A stretch of 64,000 bases of DNA, taken from Mobula hypostoma. Taxonomy: Eukaryota. Position numbers and translations under genes: made by a program. Below the pieces are notes generated by a model. It saw nothing but the letters and a program-made list of their open reading frames with translations, was not told where the DNA came from and did not search any database. The stretch's first letter is position 1, and each line of letters starts with the position of its first letter. This document shows positions 24,531 to 36,304 of the stretch, piece after piece. Location of the stretch: positions 60,142,001 through 60,206,000 of the forward strand of contig NC_086097.1 of NCBI RefSeq assembly GCF_963921235.1. The letters are read 5' to 3'.

Positions 24531-25772
24531 TGTATCTGCTCTCAGGATGAGGCTTTTCATTTCAGGGTGAAGGAGATGTCTTCCTTTTTTAAGGAAAGAG
24601 GCTTCCCTTCCTCTACCATCAACTCTGCTCTCAAACACATCTCTCCCATTTCACGCACATCTGCTCTCACCCCATCCTCCTGCCACCCCACTAGGAATGG
24701 GGTTCCCCTTGCCCTCACCTACCACCCCACCAGCCTCCAGGTCCAACATATAATTCTCTGTAACTTCCGCCACCTCCAACAGGATCCCACCACCAAGCAG
24801 ATCTTTCCCTCACCTCCTCTTTCTGCTTTCTGCAGGAATCACTCCCTATGCGACTCCCTTGTCCATTCGTGCCCCCCCCATCCCTTCCCATCGATCTCCT
24901 TCCCATCACTTATCCTTGTAAGCGGAACAAGTGCTACACATGCCCTTACACTTCCTCCCTCACCACCATTCAGGGCCCCAAACAGTCCTTCCAGGTGAGG
25001 CGATACTTCACCTGTGAGTCAGCTGGGGTGATACACTATGTCCTGTGCTCCCGGTGCAGCCTTCTATGTATTGGTAAGACCCGACATAGGCTAGGAGACC
25101 GATCGCTGAAGACCTATGCTCTGTCTGCCAGAGAAAGCAGGATCTCCCAGTGACTACATATTTTAATTCCACGTCCCATTCCCATTCTGATATGTCTATC
25201 CACGGCCTCCTCTACTGTAAAGATGAAACCACACTCAGGTTGGAGGAACAGCACCTTATATTCCGTCTGGGTAGCCTCCAACCTGATGGCATGAATATTG
25301 ACTTCTCTAACTTCTGTTAATGCCCTCCACCCCTTCACACCCCATCCCTTATTTATTTATTTAATATATATTTTATATATTTCTCCCTTTTTTTTCTCTG
25401 TCTTTTTTCTGCCTCTGTCCCTCTCACTATAACTCATTGCCTGCTCTCCACCCTCGGGCTCCCCTCCCCCCTTCTCTGTCTCCCCAGGCTTCCCGTCCCA
25501 TGATCCTCCCCCTTCTCCAGCCTGATATCCTTTTCGCCAATCAACTTTCCAGCTCTTAGATCCCCTCCTGTCTTCTCCTATCATTTCGGATCTCCCCCGC
25601 CCCCTCCCACTTTCAAATCTCTTACTCACTCTTCCTTCAGTTATTCCAGTTGGGTCTCGGCCCTAAATGTCGACTGCACCTTTTCCTAGAGATGTTGCCT
25701 GGCCTTCTGCGTTCACCAGCATTTTTTGTGTGTGTTGCTTGAATTTCCAGCATCTGCAGATTTCCTCGTGTC
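24531..25772 (+). mobile_element. Penelope-like element 3' part: linker, GIY-YIG endonuclease, pyrimidine-rich 3' UTR and pLTR end
   Basis: CKRNKCYTC and FTCESAGVIHYVLCSRCSLLCIGKTRHRLGDR (GIY-YIG-like), EEQHLIFRLGSLQPDGMN, and pLTR 3' end CCAGCATCTGCAGATTTCCTCGTGT. Confidence 0.88.
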
Positions 25773-28628
25773 TCCATCTCAACAGCCTCTTTTTTAAGAA
25801 TTGAAGATGAAGTTCATCAATCACCAAGGAATTGTTAGCACACAGCTCCAACAGTATGTCTTATAATTTTCTGAGTTATTTCATGTTTAAATGTGTGAAT
25901 TGTAATTTGTTTTATTGATAGTGACAATGAATTTTTAAAAATTGGCTATGCCTCATAGTTACTATTATTATTATTACAATTAGCTATATTATTATTATTG
26001 TTATTAAATATGTTATTGGACAGACCAAAGAAAATTCCAAATTAATATTGAAAATATTTTTTAAATATTCGGAGCTCTGCAAGCCTAAACCAATTTCATT
26101 TGCTATATGCTGAAGATTCATCCCAAAATTAGATTTACATACAAAGCAAACTTTGCCTTAATTAACATGGGTTAGATAGAGGACATCATCAAGGAAATTT
26201 AATGAAAAGACTAGCAGCCTAATTAAATGCAACAAAGGACTGTCTCACCAGGGAAATTTTACTCTGTATTTGACTTTTTTTCAAAGAAGTCCTTTGAAGA
26301 GTGACCTTCCTCTGTGAACATTGATCATTGCTAAAGGCATTGTGAGCTTTGAGGAATTTTACCCTCATTTTATAAACTTTCATTTCCTAATAGACTTTCA
26401 TAGAATATTTTTGAATGATAGTAAAATATTAATTTACATATTAAAAGTATCACATTATTTATTCATATCTCAAAAGAGAGTTAAGATAGTGGGGAATCGC
26501 AGACTAGCAATAATAGTCACCACAGGGATATTGTAAAAGGTAATAATGCTCAACTGCAGGGTACATGCCAATGAACAGATTTTCATTAAAATAAGTTTGC
26601 ATGTAGTGTCAAATGGATTCCTTACAGTGGAACAGCACTTCTCGCCATCCAAAATTTATTATTATGATAGTTCAAATAAAATGTTTGAGAAGATGACTGA
26701 GAAAGAAAAAAAATAAGAAAGAAGAAAGTGCTTCAGTTTTAAAGCTAAATACATTGTTTTTACATATAAAATGCATTTTCTGCATGTTCTGTCAGCAGCA
26801 GTTGAGATATTCAGTATTCATTAGAAATAAGTAATTATGTACAAGTGTCTCATTCCATTTTGGAAACCTTTGAAGCTCACATTTTGTTAAATGGCCCATG
26901 CAATATCATAGAATTTGTAGCCTGATGTGACAGAGAACACCAACTTTTTTGGGTCACAAAGGGCTTTGAAAGATTAAGAACTAAACAGATTATTTAAAAA
27001 TGCCTGGGAGCAATTGTTACATTCAATTTGTAACCTAGAAAAATTACCTCCAACCATTGCTTCTCTCTGTTTTTGTAGAATGTTAAATGTGATTGCTTGA
27101 TTAAGTGTTGCTTTAAATTAATAAGTTAACACTATGTGTACATTCCAAAGAGTAGTGACTTTTGTTTTCATCTTATTGTTGTGGCAAATTCTAAATATTA
27201 AACGGAATTTAACAAACTCAGTTTTGACTCTGCCTACACCATTTTTAAAAATATTGGATTTTCTCTCATTTTTTGAGTCTGACGTGGAACTCCCTCAATA
27301 CTACTTGTCATCTGCACTTGCACAGTTACGGGGCAAATTTGTGTAGTAATATTTGGACAGAGTAGCTGGGAGCATCCATATTCTGTGAACAATTAAATCA
27401 AATTAGATGGTATTATCAATTGCTCAGAGGGATTGCAATGATTTTCATGTCACATTGATACTGCCCTGGGGCTATACCATATGGAGATTCACTAACAAGA
27501 AATATGAGATTGCTTTGTCTAACAAGCATTCTTCATGACACTCAGATAGATCTCTTTCAAAATTTACCATTATTGCAATGCTAAACCACCTTTTCAAAAT
27601 GATAAAATGACATTATGGGACTCTTTTGACAATTTGGCTGTGTGAATAATGAAACATTCACAAGACACATTGATCACATCATTTATGCATACACATATAA
27701 TTTAGCAGTGTTTGTTCAATTTTTAGACACAGCCAAATTATTCACACCTTGGGAGGTAGCAAATTCCTACACCTTGCATACAGAGAGTGCAAAGACAAAA
27801 TTCTAATGATGAGGCAATAACAACACTTGAAAATAATGCACCCAACATTCCAATCAGCCTCATCGCAACAGCATAATTCAACTGCAAAACATCTGTGAAG
27901 ATTATAGTGGAGCTCAGATACAATCAACTGTACTGACGTGAGTAATTCCATCTCTGACATGCTGTCTGAGTCACCTGAAAACTAAACTTCCCTTAAAAAA
28001 CAGACCCGTAACAATTTCAAGCACAACTAAACAAACATGTGCGATCAAAAACATCTGTAATTTAAAGGAAAAGACCATTCTAATAGAATCACAGCAAATG
28101 ATTTTACAAATGCCTTTTCGTTTTCTACCAAGCTGACTCTTGTAAGAAGGATTTGAAGAGTACTGGAATTGTACAGAAGATTATATCTGCTAAATATAGG
28201 AGCATTTTGTATCTTTCAATACCCATGCTGAGTTTTCCATTAGAGGCTGATGGCAAAGTCAAAGACTGGTGTAACCCATGTTAATTAAACCCAAAGATGT
28301 AATACAAGAAAGCTCCACCTGTGGAGGGATGAAAATGAGGTTTTCCAAATCTAAAAAAAAGAGAGCTTGGAATAAAAATGCTACGTGAAAATGAGGCATG
28401 GCTGACACAGGTGTGGAAAAGCTAGAGAAACACAGCAAACTATTAGAAACTAAAGATATAAACTGTTAAAAGTGGAATTAGTAGTGAATATCTCTACTCT
28501 ACTGACTCGAAATCCATAGGGTGTGACCCTTGGAGGACAGACAATAGCAATAAAAGATCTATTGAAGCTATAGAAGCCAGGAGTCTCCAAGCCTCCCGGA
28601 CGTCTACATCTGCGCCAAGTGCATCGAG

Positions 28629-29465
28629 ATGCAGCTCCTAAGGGACCGCGTTACGGAACTGGAGCTGCAGCTCGATGACCTTCGTCTGGTCAGGGAGAGC
28701 GAGGAGGTGATAGAGAGGAGTGGAAGGCAGGTGGTCATGCCAGGGCCACGGGAGGCAGACAAGTGGGTCACGGTTAGGAGGGGGAAGGGGAAAAGGCAGG
28801 TGATGGGGAGTACCCCGGTGGCTGTGCCCCTTAACAACAGGTACTCCTGTTTGAGTACTGTTGGAGGGGACAGCTTACCCGGGGGAAGCGACAGTGGCCC
28901 TGCCTCCGGCACAGAGTCTGGCCCTGTAGCTCAGAAGGGTAGGGCAAGGAAGAGGAGGGCAGTTGTGATAGGGGACTCGATAGTAAGGGGGTCAGATAGG
29001 CGATTCTGTGGACGCAGTCCAGAGACCCAGGTGGTAGTTTGCCTCCCTGGTGCCAGGGTCCGGGATATTTCTGATCGTGTCCAAGATATCCTGAAGTGGG
29101 AGGGTGAGGAGCCAGAGGTCGTGGTACATATAGGTACCAATGACATAGGTAGGAAAAGGGATGAGGTCCTGAAAGAAGAATATAGGGAGCTAGGAAGGGA
29201 GTTGAGAAAAAGGACTGCAAAGGTAGTAATCTCGGGATTACTGCCTGTGCCACGCGACAGTGAGAGTAGGAATGCGATGAGGTGGAGGATAAATGCGTGG
29301 CTGAGGGATTGGAGCAGGGGACAGGGATTCAAGTTTTTGGATCATTGGGACCTCTATTGGTGCAGGCGTGACCTGTACAAAAAGGACGGGTTACACTTAA
29401 ACCCTAGGGGGACCAATATCCTGGCAGGGAGATTAACGGGGGCTACTGAGGTGACTTTAAACTAG
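28629..29465 (+). CDS. CR1 ORF1: coiled coil plus SGNH/GDSL esterase (N-terminal zinc finger truncated)
   Basis: VVIGDSIVRG, PGA, HIGTND and DGLHLN catalytic blocks are intact. The upstream in-frame YICAKC is half of a zinc finger. Confidence 0.88.
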   Translation: MQLLRDRVTELELQLDDLRLVRESEEVIERSGRQVVMPGPREADKWVTVRRGKGKRQVMGSTPVAVPLNNRYSCLSTVGGDSLPGGSDSGPASGTESGPVAQKGRARKRRAVVIGDSIVRGSDRRFCGRSPETQVVVCLPGARVRDISDRVQDILKWEGEEPEVVVHIGTNDIGRKRDEVLKEEYRELGRELRKRTAKVVISGLLPVPRDSESRNAMRWRINAWLRDWSRGQGFKFLDHWDLYWCRRDLYKKDGLHLNPRGTNILAGRLTGATEVTLN

Positions 29466-29470
29466 AATGG

Positions 29471-32470
29471 TTGGGGGGTGGGAATCAAATTAAAGAGGCT
29501 AGGCGTGAGGAGGTAAGTTCACAACAGAGGGATGGGAACCAGTGCAGAGAGACAGAGGGGTGTAAAGTGAGCGTAGAAGCAAAAAGCACAAAGGAGAAAA
29601 GTAAAAGTGGCAGGCCGACAAATCCAGGGCAAGCATTAAAAAGGGCTAAGAGAGTTGTAAAAGAGCGCCTGAAGGCTTTATGTGTCAATGCAAGGAGCAT
29701 TCGTAATAAGGTGGATGAATTGAAAGTGCAGATTGTTATTAATGATTATGATATAGTTGGGATCACAGAGACATGGCTCCAGGGTGACCAGGGATGGGAG
29801 CTCAACGTTCAGGGATATTCAATATTCAGGAGGGATAGACATGAAGGAAGGGGAGGTGGGGTGGCGTTGCTGGTTAAAAAAGAGATTAACGCAATAGAAA
29901 GGAAGGACATAAGCCGGGAAGATGTGGAATCGATATGGGTAGAGCTGCGTAACACTAAGGGGCAGAAGACGCTGGTGGGAGTTGTGTACAGGCCACCTAA
30001 CAGTAGTAGTGAGGTCGGAGATGGTATTAAACAGGAAATTAGAAATGTGTGCAATAAAGGAACAGCAGTTATAATGGGTGACTTCAATCTACATGTAGAC
30101 TGGGTGAACCAAATTGGTAAAGGTGCTGAGGAAGAGGATTTCTTGGAATGTATGCGGGATGGTTTTTTGAACCAACATGTCGAGGAACCAACTAGAGAGC
30201 AGGCTATTCTGGATTGGGTTTTGAGCAATGAGGAAGGGTTAATTAGCGATCTTGTCGTGAGAGGCCCCTTGGGTAAGAGTGACCATAATATGGTGGAATT
30301 CTTCATTAAGATGGAGAGTGACATAGTTAATTCAGAAACAAAGGTTCTGAACTTAAAGAGGTGTAACTTTGAAGGTATGAGACGTGAATTAGCTAAGATA
30401 GACTGGCAAATGACACTTAAAGGATTGACGGTGGATATGCAATGGCAAGCATTTAAAGGTTGCATGGATGAACTACAACAATTGTTCATCCCAGTTTGGC
30501 AAAAGAATAAATCAAGGAAGGTAGTGCACCCGTGGCTGACAAAAGAAATTAGGGATAGTATTAATTCCAAAGAAGTAGCATACAAATTAGCCAGAGAAAG
30601 TGGCTCACCTGAGGACTGGGAGAAATTCAGAGTTCAGCAGAGGAGGACAAAGGGCTTAATTAGGAAGGAGAAAAAAAGATTATGAGAGAAAACTGGCAGA
30701 GAACATAAAAACGGACTGTAAAAGCTTTTATAGATATGTAAAAAGGAAAAGACTGATAAAGACAAATGTAGGTCCCCTGCAGACAGAAACAGGTGAATTG
30801 ATTATGGGGAGCAAGGACATGGCAGACCAATTGAATAATTACTTTGGTTCTGTCTTCACTAAGGAGGACATAAATAATCTTCCAGAAATAGTAAGGGACA
30901 GAGGGTCCAGTGAGATGGAGGAACTGAGTGAAATACATGTTAGTAGGGAAGTGGTGTTAGGTAAATTGAAGGGATTGAAGGCAGATAAATCCCCAGGGCC
31001 AGATGGTCTGCATCCCAGAGTGCTTAAGGAAGTAGCCCAAGAAATAGTGGATGCATTAGTGATAATTTTTCAAAACTCGTTAGATTCTGGACTAGTTCCT
31101 GAGGATTGGAGGGTGGCTAATGTAACCCCATTTTTTAAAAAAGGAGGGAGAGAGAAACCGGGGAATTATAGGCCGGTTAGCCTAACGTCGGTGGTGGGGA
31201 AACTGCTGGAGTCAGTTATCAAGGATGTGATAACAGCACATTTGGAAAGCGGTGAAATGATCGGACAAAGTCAGCATGGATTTGTGAAAGGAAAATCATG
31301 TCTGACGAATCTCATAGAATTTTTTGAGGATGTAACTAGTAGAGTGGATAGGGGAGAACCAGTGGATGTGGTATATTTGGATTTTCAAAAGGCTTTTGAC
31401 AAGGTCCCACACAGGAGATTAGTGTGCAAACTTAAAGCACACGGTATTGGGGGTAAGGTATTGGTGTGGGTGGAGAATTGGTTAGCAGACAGGAAGCAAA
31501 GAGTGGGAATAAATGGGACCTTTTCAGAATGGCAGGCGGTGACTAGTGGGGTACCGCAAGGCTCAGTGCTGGGACCCCAGTTGTTTACAATATATATTAA
31601 TGACTTGGATGAGGGAATTAAATGCAGCATCTCCAAGTTTGCGGATGACACGAAGCTGGGTGGCAGTGTTAGCAGTGAGGAGGATGCTAAGAGGATGCAG
31701 GGTGACTTGGATAGGTTGGGTGAGTGGGCAAACTCATGGCAGATGCAATTTAATGTGGATAAATGTGAAGTTATCCACTTTGGTGGCAAAAATAGGAAAA
31801 CAGATTATTATCTGAATGGTGGCCGATTAGGAAAAGGGGAGATGCAACGAGACCTGGGTGTCATTATACACCAGTCATTGAAAGTGGGCATGCAGGTACA
31901 GCAGGCGGTGAAAAAGGCGAACGGTATGCTGGCATTTATAGCGAGAGGATTCGAGTACAGGAGCAGGGAGGTACTACTGCAGTTGTACAAGGCCTTGGTG
32001 AGACCACACTGGAGTATTGTGTGCAGTTTTGGTCCCCTAATCTGAGGAAAGACATCTTTGCCATAGAGGGAGTACAAAGAAGGTTCACCAGATTGATTCC
32101 TGGGATGGCAGGTCTTTCATATGAAGAAAGACTGGATGAACTGGGCTTGTACTTGTTGGAATTTAGAAGATTGAGGGGGGATCTGATTGAAACGTATAAG
32201 ATCCTAAAGGGATTGGACAGGCTAGATGCAGGAAGATTGTTCCCGATGTTGGGGAGGTCCAGAATGAGGGGTCACAGTTTGAGGATAGAGGGGAAGCCTT
32301 TTAGGACCGAGATTAGGAAAAACTTCTTCACACAGAGAGTGGTGAATCTGTGGAATTCTCTGCCACAGCAAACTGTTGAGGCCAGTTCATTGACTATGTT
32401 TAAGAGGGAGTTAGATATGGCCCTTGTGGCTACAGGGGTCAGGGGGTATGGAGGGAAGGCTGGGTTCTGA
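29471..32470 (+). pseudogene. CR1 ORF2 (APE endonuclease plus reverse transcriptase) with two single-base frameshifts
   Basis: NARS, ITETW, YRPP, GDFN and SDHN; then KAFDKV, GVPQGSVLGP and FADD. A +1 lies in the A-run at 30671-30677 and a -1 at about 32029 (CCACACTGGAG versus expected CCACACCTGGAG). Confidence 0.92.
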
Positions 32471-33145
32471 GTTGGATGATCAGCCATGATCATAATAAAT
32501 GGCGGTGCAGGCTCGAAGGGCCGAATGGCCTACTCCTGCACCTATTTTCTATGTTTCTATGTTTCTATAGCTACAACAAGTAGCAGCTATAACGAGATAA
32601 TATCGGCAGAGATGAGTGTCCAAGATCTCTACTGGGTAACCAGCAATTAGTTCTGTTAAATCGTACAAAGGGATTTGCTGAGTTTAAACTTTTACTGTTC
32701 CAAGTGTATAAATTTGTGTGTGAAATATGTTCAGTAGTGTTGTAACTGAGAAATGTTTGGAAATGACAATGTGATATTGAGATATTTTGAAATAGAAAAT
32801 AGATGTGTATAATAACTTACAGATTGTAATCCTGTTGTATACAGGTCAGGTTTTATTTTGTGTAAGTATTGTGAATCAACTTCCCGCGGATGATCATCCA
32901 ATGAACCAAGAAACAAGATGGTAAGGCACCCAAGTTCGAAGAACCAGCATGGGAACAAAATGTTTAATTACGTAGAGGAGTTAATGTGGTTGGATGTATA
33001 AGTTTATTTTCATTTGAAGGATCTGAATTTGATTTTCTGCAAGAACTGATTATTTTTGCAAAGACTTTGATAAGTTACCGAATGAGATTTACTTTGTTTT
33101 AAAGTCGTGATGTTGGAGTATTGTGGTGAAAGGAATTAAGCTGTT

Positions 33146-33150
<5 letters not shown>

Positions 33151-33191
<41 letters not shown>

Positions 33192-33200
33192 CATATATAT
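33151..33200. repeat. (AC)n/(AT)n microsatellite
   Basis: Read directly. The homologous position in copy A (1125-1160) holds a (GT)/(AT) array. Confidence 0.95.
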
Positions 33201-33626
33201 TTAGAATTTCAATTTGAATTTGTAGATATACTGACTTGAACTGAATCAGACGTTAACCATAATAAGAATAGGAATTCAATTAGTTCTCTAACTAACTCGG
33301 GATAAATAGAAAGGAAATTGTTAGTCTATAAACCTTTAAATAGGGAAAAACACTAGTTCCAATCAGAGAAATTGGAATAACAAAGGTTATTCTAATGAAT
33401 TTCACTGATTCTAACTAAACAGGAATTTGGTTTTTGTTTGGTGTCTGAGATTTGGAACCTGAATAGAATGTTGGATTTTTGAATTGTTCTTACTTATATA
33501 AATACTTTGTATACAGTATCTTGCTTTTTTTAATAAAGAAAACTTACATCCAGAAGTGTGTTTTCTACTCACTGCCTCCTTCCAATATTTAGAGCTTCTG
33601 ATGACCTAGTAGCACCTAGTGTAGTA

Positions 33627-35132
33627 CAGGTCCACAATACCTTACCCGAAATTCTGAAATCCGAAAAGCTCCGAAAATGTTATTTTTCGTGGAGTGTGGA
33701 GCGTGTTGTAACAAGGCTTGTTTGGCGCGCCAACAGCTGATGTCACTCAGGTGTGATGTGGCAGCACTAGCAGAGGCTGCCAGATGACAGACCTCAGTGC
33801 TCGTACTGGTTACATTTGCATTTGCTGTTCGCTGATATTTTGTGTTCACTGTTGACTTTGTGTTTAATTTCACTGTGAAAATGTCAAAAAGAGCTGCAGA
33901 TACAAGAAAGCATGGGTAACCCGAGCAATGTTTTCTGACTGGTTCAATAACCATTTTGTACCAATTGCCTCATTGCAGGCAAGCTGGACTTTGGCCTACA
34001 ACGACGCTTGATGTAAATGAACCTACAAATCAAGACTTTGAAGGATTTCATGTCACTAATGAGAAGATGATGATATCAAACCTTGTAACTTATGCTAAAA
34101 TGTTATTGAACAGAAGTGTAAATAAGTTAGAGGAAGCTGGCATCGAAGAAATGTTGTAATGATGCACCTGTTGTGCATTCCTTGAGCGATGGGGAAATTG
34201 ATGAAATGGTGTTAAATACAGATAAGCATGAAGATAGTAGTGATGATGATGACATAGTGAATACAGGTGAAAAAATCCCCGTAGACCATACAGTGAACAT
34301 GTGTGATCAGTTAATTGCTGGCCTTGAACAACGTGCATTTATCAGTGAGCAAGATATTATGGCAGTTTACTCAGTTAAAGAGAGATTGCTTAGACATAAA
34401 CCTAAGTTAATGAGACAGATGACACTTGAAGAAGTCTTTAAAAACGTTGTCTGTCGTAGTGCTGCTTCATAACTTGAGAATCCTGCTCCTGGCCCATTAG
34501 GTACCTGTAGAGTATTTAGCTTTGTTTGCCAGACGTAATGCAACTTAACTAGAGGTACCTGTACGTACTTAGCTTAGTTTGAATCTGTATATGTCCTAGA
34601 GTATTTACGTTCTACGTTTATTCCAATAAGTCATTTACCATGTTTTTGATTCGGTTCGTTTGAAGCTGTATATTCTTATATTTTATTGAATGTTTTTGTT
34701 GTAAATAAAATATAATAGTGTATTTATGGTCTATAATTATCCCACTATTTCATTTATCAGTATATTACTCTATAAATAAACTGTAATAGTATTTGTAAAA
34801 GAGCGCGGATTGGGAAACCCGGAAGTTCTCTCTCCAGTACTCGTGGTTTGAGCATGTACAGACATTTTTTTCTTGTCATTATTCCATAAACAATACAGTA
34901 TAACAACTATTTTGCATAGCATTTACATTGTATTAGGTATTATAAGTAATTTAGAGATGATTTAAAGTATACGGGAGGATGTGAGTAGGTCTGGACTCCC
35001 CTGGGTCCTAAAGTCCACCCACACTGAGACAGGTTAATTATCAATATAATTATCAATTTTCTGAAATTCAAAAAATTCTGAATTCCGAAATGTACTGACC
35101 CCAAGGATTTTGGATAAGAGATTGTGGACCTG
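33627..35132 (+). mobile_element. Tigger/pogo (Tc1/mariner superfamily) DNA transposon, internally deleted; Tigger4/Zombi/Jerky-like
   Basis: TIRs CAGGTCCACAATACCTTACCCGAAAT / ATTTTGGATAAGAGATTGTGGACCTG with TA TSD (33625-33626, 33133-equivalent 35133-35134). Transposase remnants are MSKRAADT (33881), KAWVTRAMFSDWFNNHFVP (DDE_1-like) and an acidic C-terminus ending RQMTLEEVF (PIP-box-like). Confidence 0.9.
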
Positions 35133-35714
35133 TACTAGTTAATTTGATTTTCTCATAAAGAGTGCGGCGACCAGTCACACAAGATAGGACCAGTGCTACA
35201 CAGGTGTTAGTTTGATATAAGCTTTAATTAGATAGAGACAAGACAAGATGTGTAGCTGCAACTTTCAGAGTTTTTGTGCCAAATTTTCTTTTTTAATGGA
35301 CAACAAGGCAGCCCACTTCCTGTTTTTGGAGACCAGTGAAAAGTTTGTAGATTTGGAAAACATTTAGAAGCTATATTTTGTGCTATGTGACAAAAATGCT
35401 TGAATTTTCCTTTGAAAGCAGTTGGTACTCAATTATGGTTAAACACAGCATGAGAGCTGAAGTGTAATTGGATGTGTCGAACACAGAGGGCTTCAGTAAA
35501 AATTGATTCACCACAGTTTGGCAATACTGTGACCACTTTGATCACTTTGCACTAAAGAGGACTTTGATGCTTTTTGTACTTTTAAAAATGTGTATAATTC
35601 ATGTTTTTCTTGTGAATGCTGCTTATATGATGCCACGTGGCTGTGATCTCTGCAAGTAGGTTTTTCATTGTGCTAATGCATTTGATTAAAAAACACAACT
35701 TTGGACTTTGGAGA

Positions 35715-35848
35715 CACAAGAGATTCTGCAGATGCTAGAACTCCAGAGTAACAAACACAAGATGCTGGTGGAACACAGAAGGTCAGACATTATCTATGGA
35801 GGAGGATAAATAGTCGACATATTGGGTTGAGAAAATTCATCAGGAATG
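35715..35848 (-). mobile_element. Old Penelope-like pLTR fragment with degenerate hammerhead
   Basis: CACAAGAGATTCTGCAGATGCT...TAGTCGAC...TTCATCAGGA. Confidence 0.6.
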
Positions 35849-36304
35849 GGAGCTACAAATGGACTTTAGAGCTTTGGGCTTTCTATTTTATATTGTTTAA
35901 TTTGGCTTTAAGAGTGCACCAAAAAGAATTTCCTTGGGTTTTTTGAAGTTTGAGCAATTCCATTTACATTCACAAACTGGAAATATTTGAATTTTACCCC
36001 AAAGAGCAAGGTTATATAAAGATTTGATAGAAGTGATCAAAATTGTGAAGATTGGAGATAGAATCAACAATTGGAAATTATGTTCAAATGACATACTTGA
36101 TCCTTAGATGCAGAGATTTAAATTGATTCACAGAACAACCGAAGGGAAATGAGATTTTTTATGCAATCAAAGAATAGGATTTAGAATCTACTAACTGATA
36201 AAAATAGTAAAATTTAAAAGTCACCTTCAAAGAGATACTTAGATCCAAGATTGCACTACATTTGCACTGCAGATTACATGACAGTTACTAATTGAGGCTA
36301 ATTA

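Larger units (their letters stand above)
28574..32564 (+). mobile_element. Young near-intact CR1 LINE, truncated inside ORF1
   Basis: Esterase ORF1, APE-RT ORF2, 3' UTR and (CTATGTTT)n tail. Flanked by CTATAG (28568-28573, 32565-32570). The empty site is visible in paralogous copy A at about 379-390. Confidence 0.95.
28270..33548 (+). repeat. Unclassified LTR-like repeat, copy B (about 1.29 kb without the CR1 insertion)
   Basis: TGTAAC (28270)...AATAAAGAAAACTTACA (33548). Colinear with 91-1297. No TSD found, so the right boundary is tentative. Confidence 0.65.

Noticed and set aside
28629..29465. SGNH esterase as a host or horizontally acquired lipase gene
   Set aside because: It is the standard ORF1 of esterase-bearing CR1 LINEs, directly upstream of ORF2 and inside the TSD.
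28604..32493. Long minus-strand ORFs (e.g. 29809-30585, 258 aa) as separate genes
   Set aside because: They are antisense shadows of CR1 ORF1/ORF2 with no independent motifs. The same shadows recur over the other CR1 copies.
34173..34472. Host JRKL/TIGD gene exon
   Set aside because: It lies between TIRs with a TA TSD, and most of the transposase is deleted.
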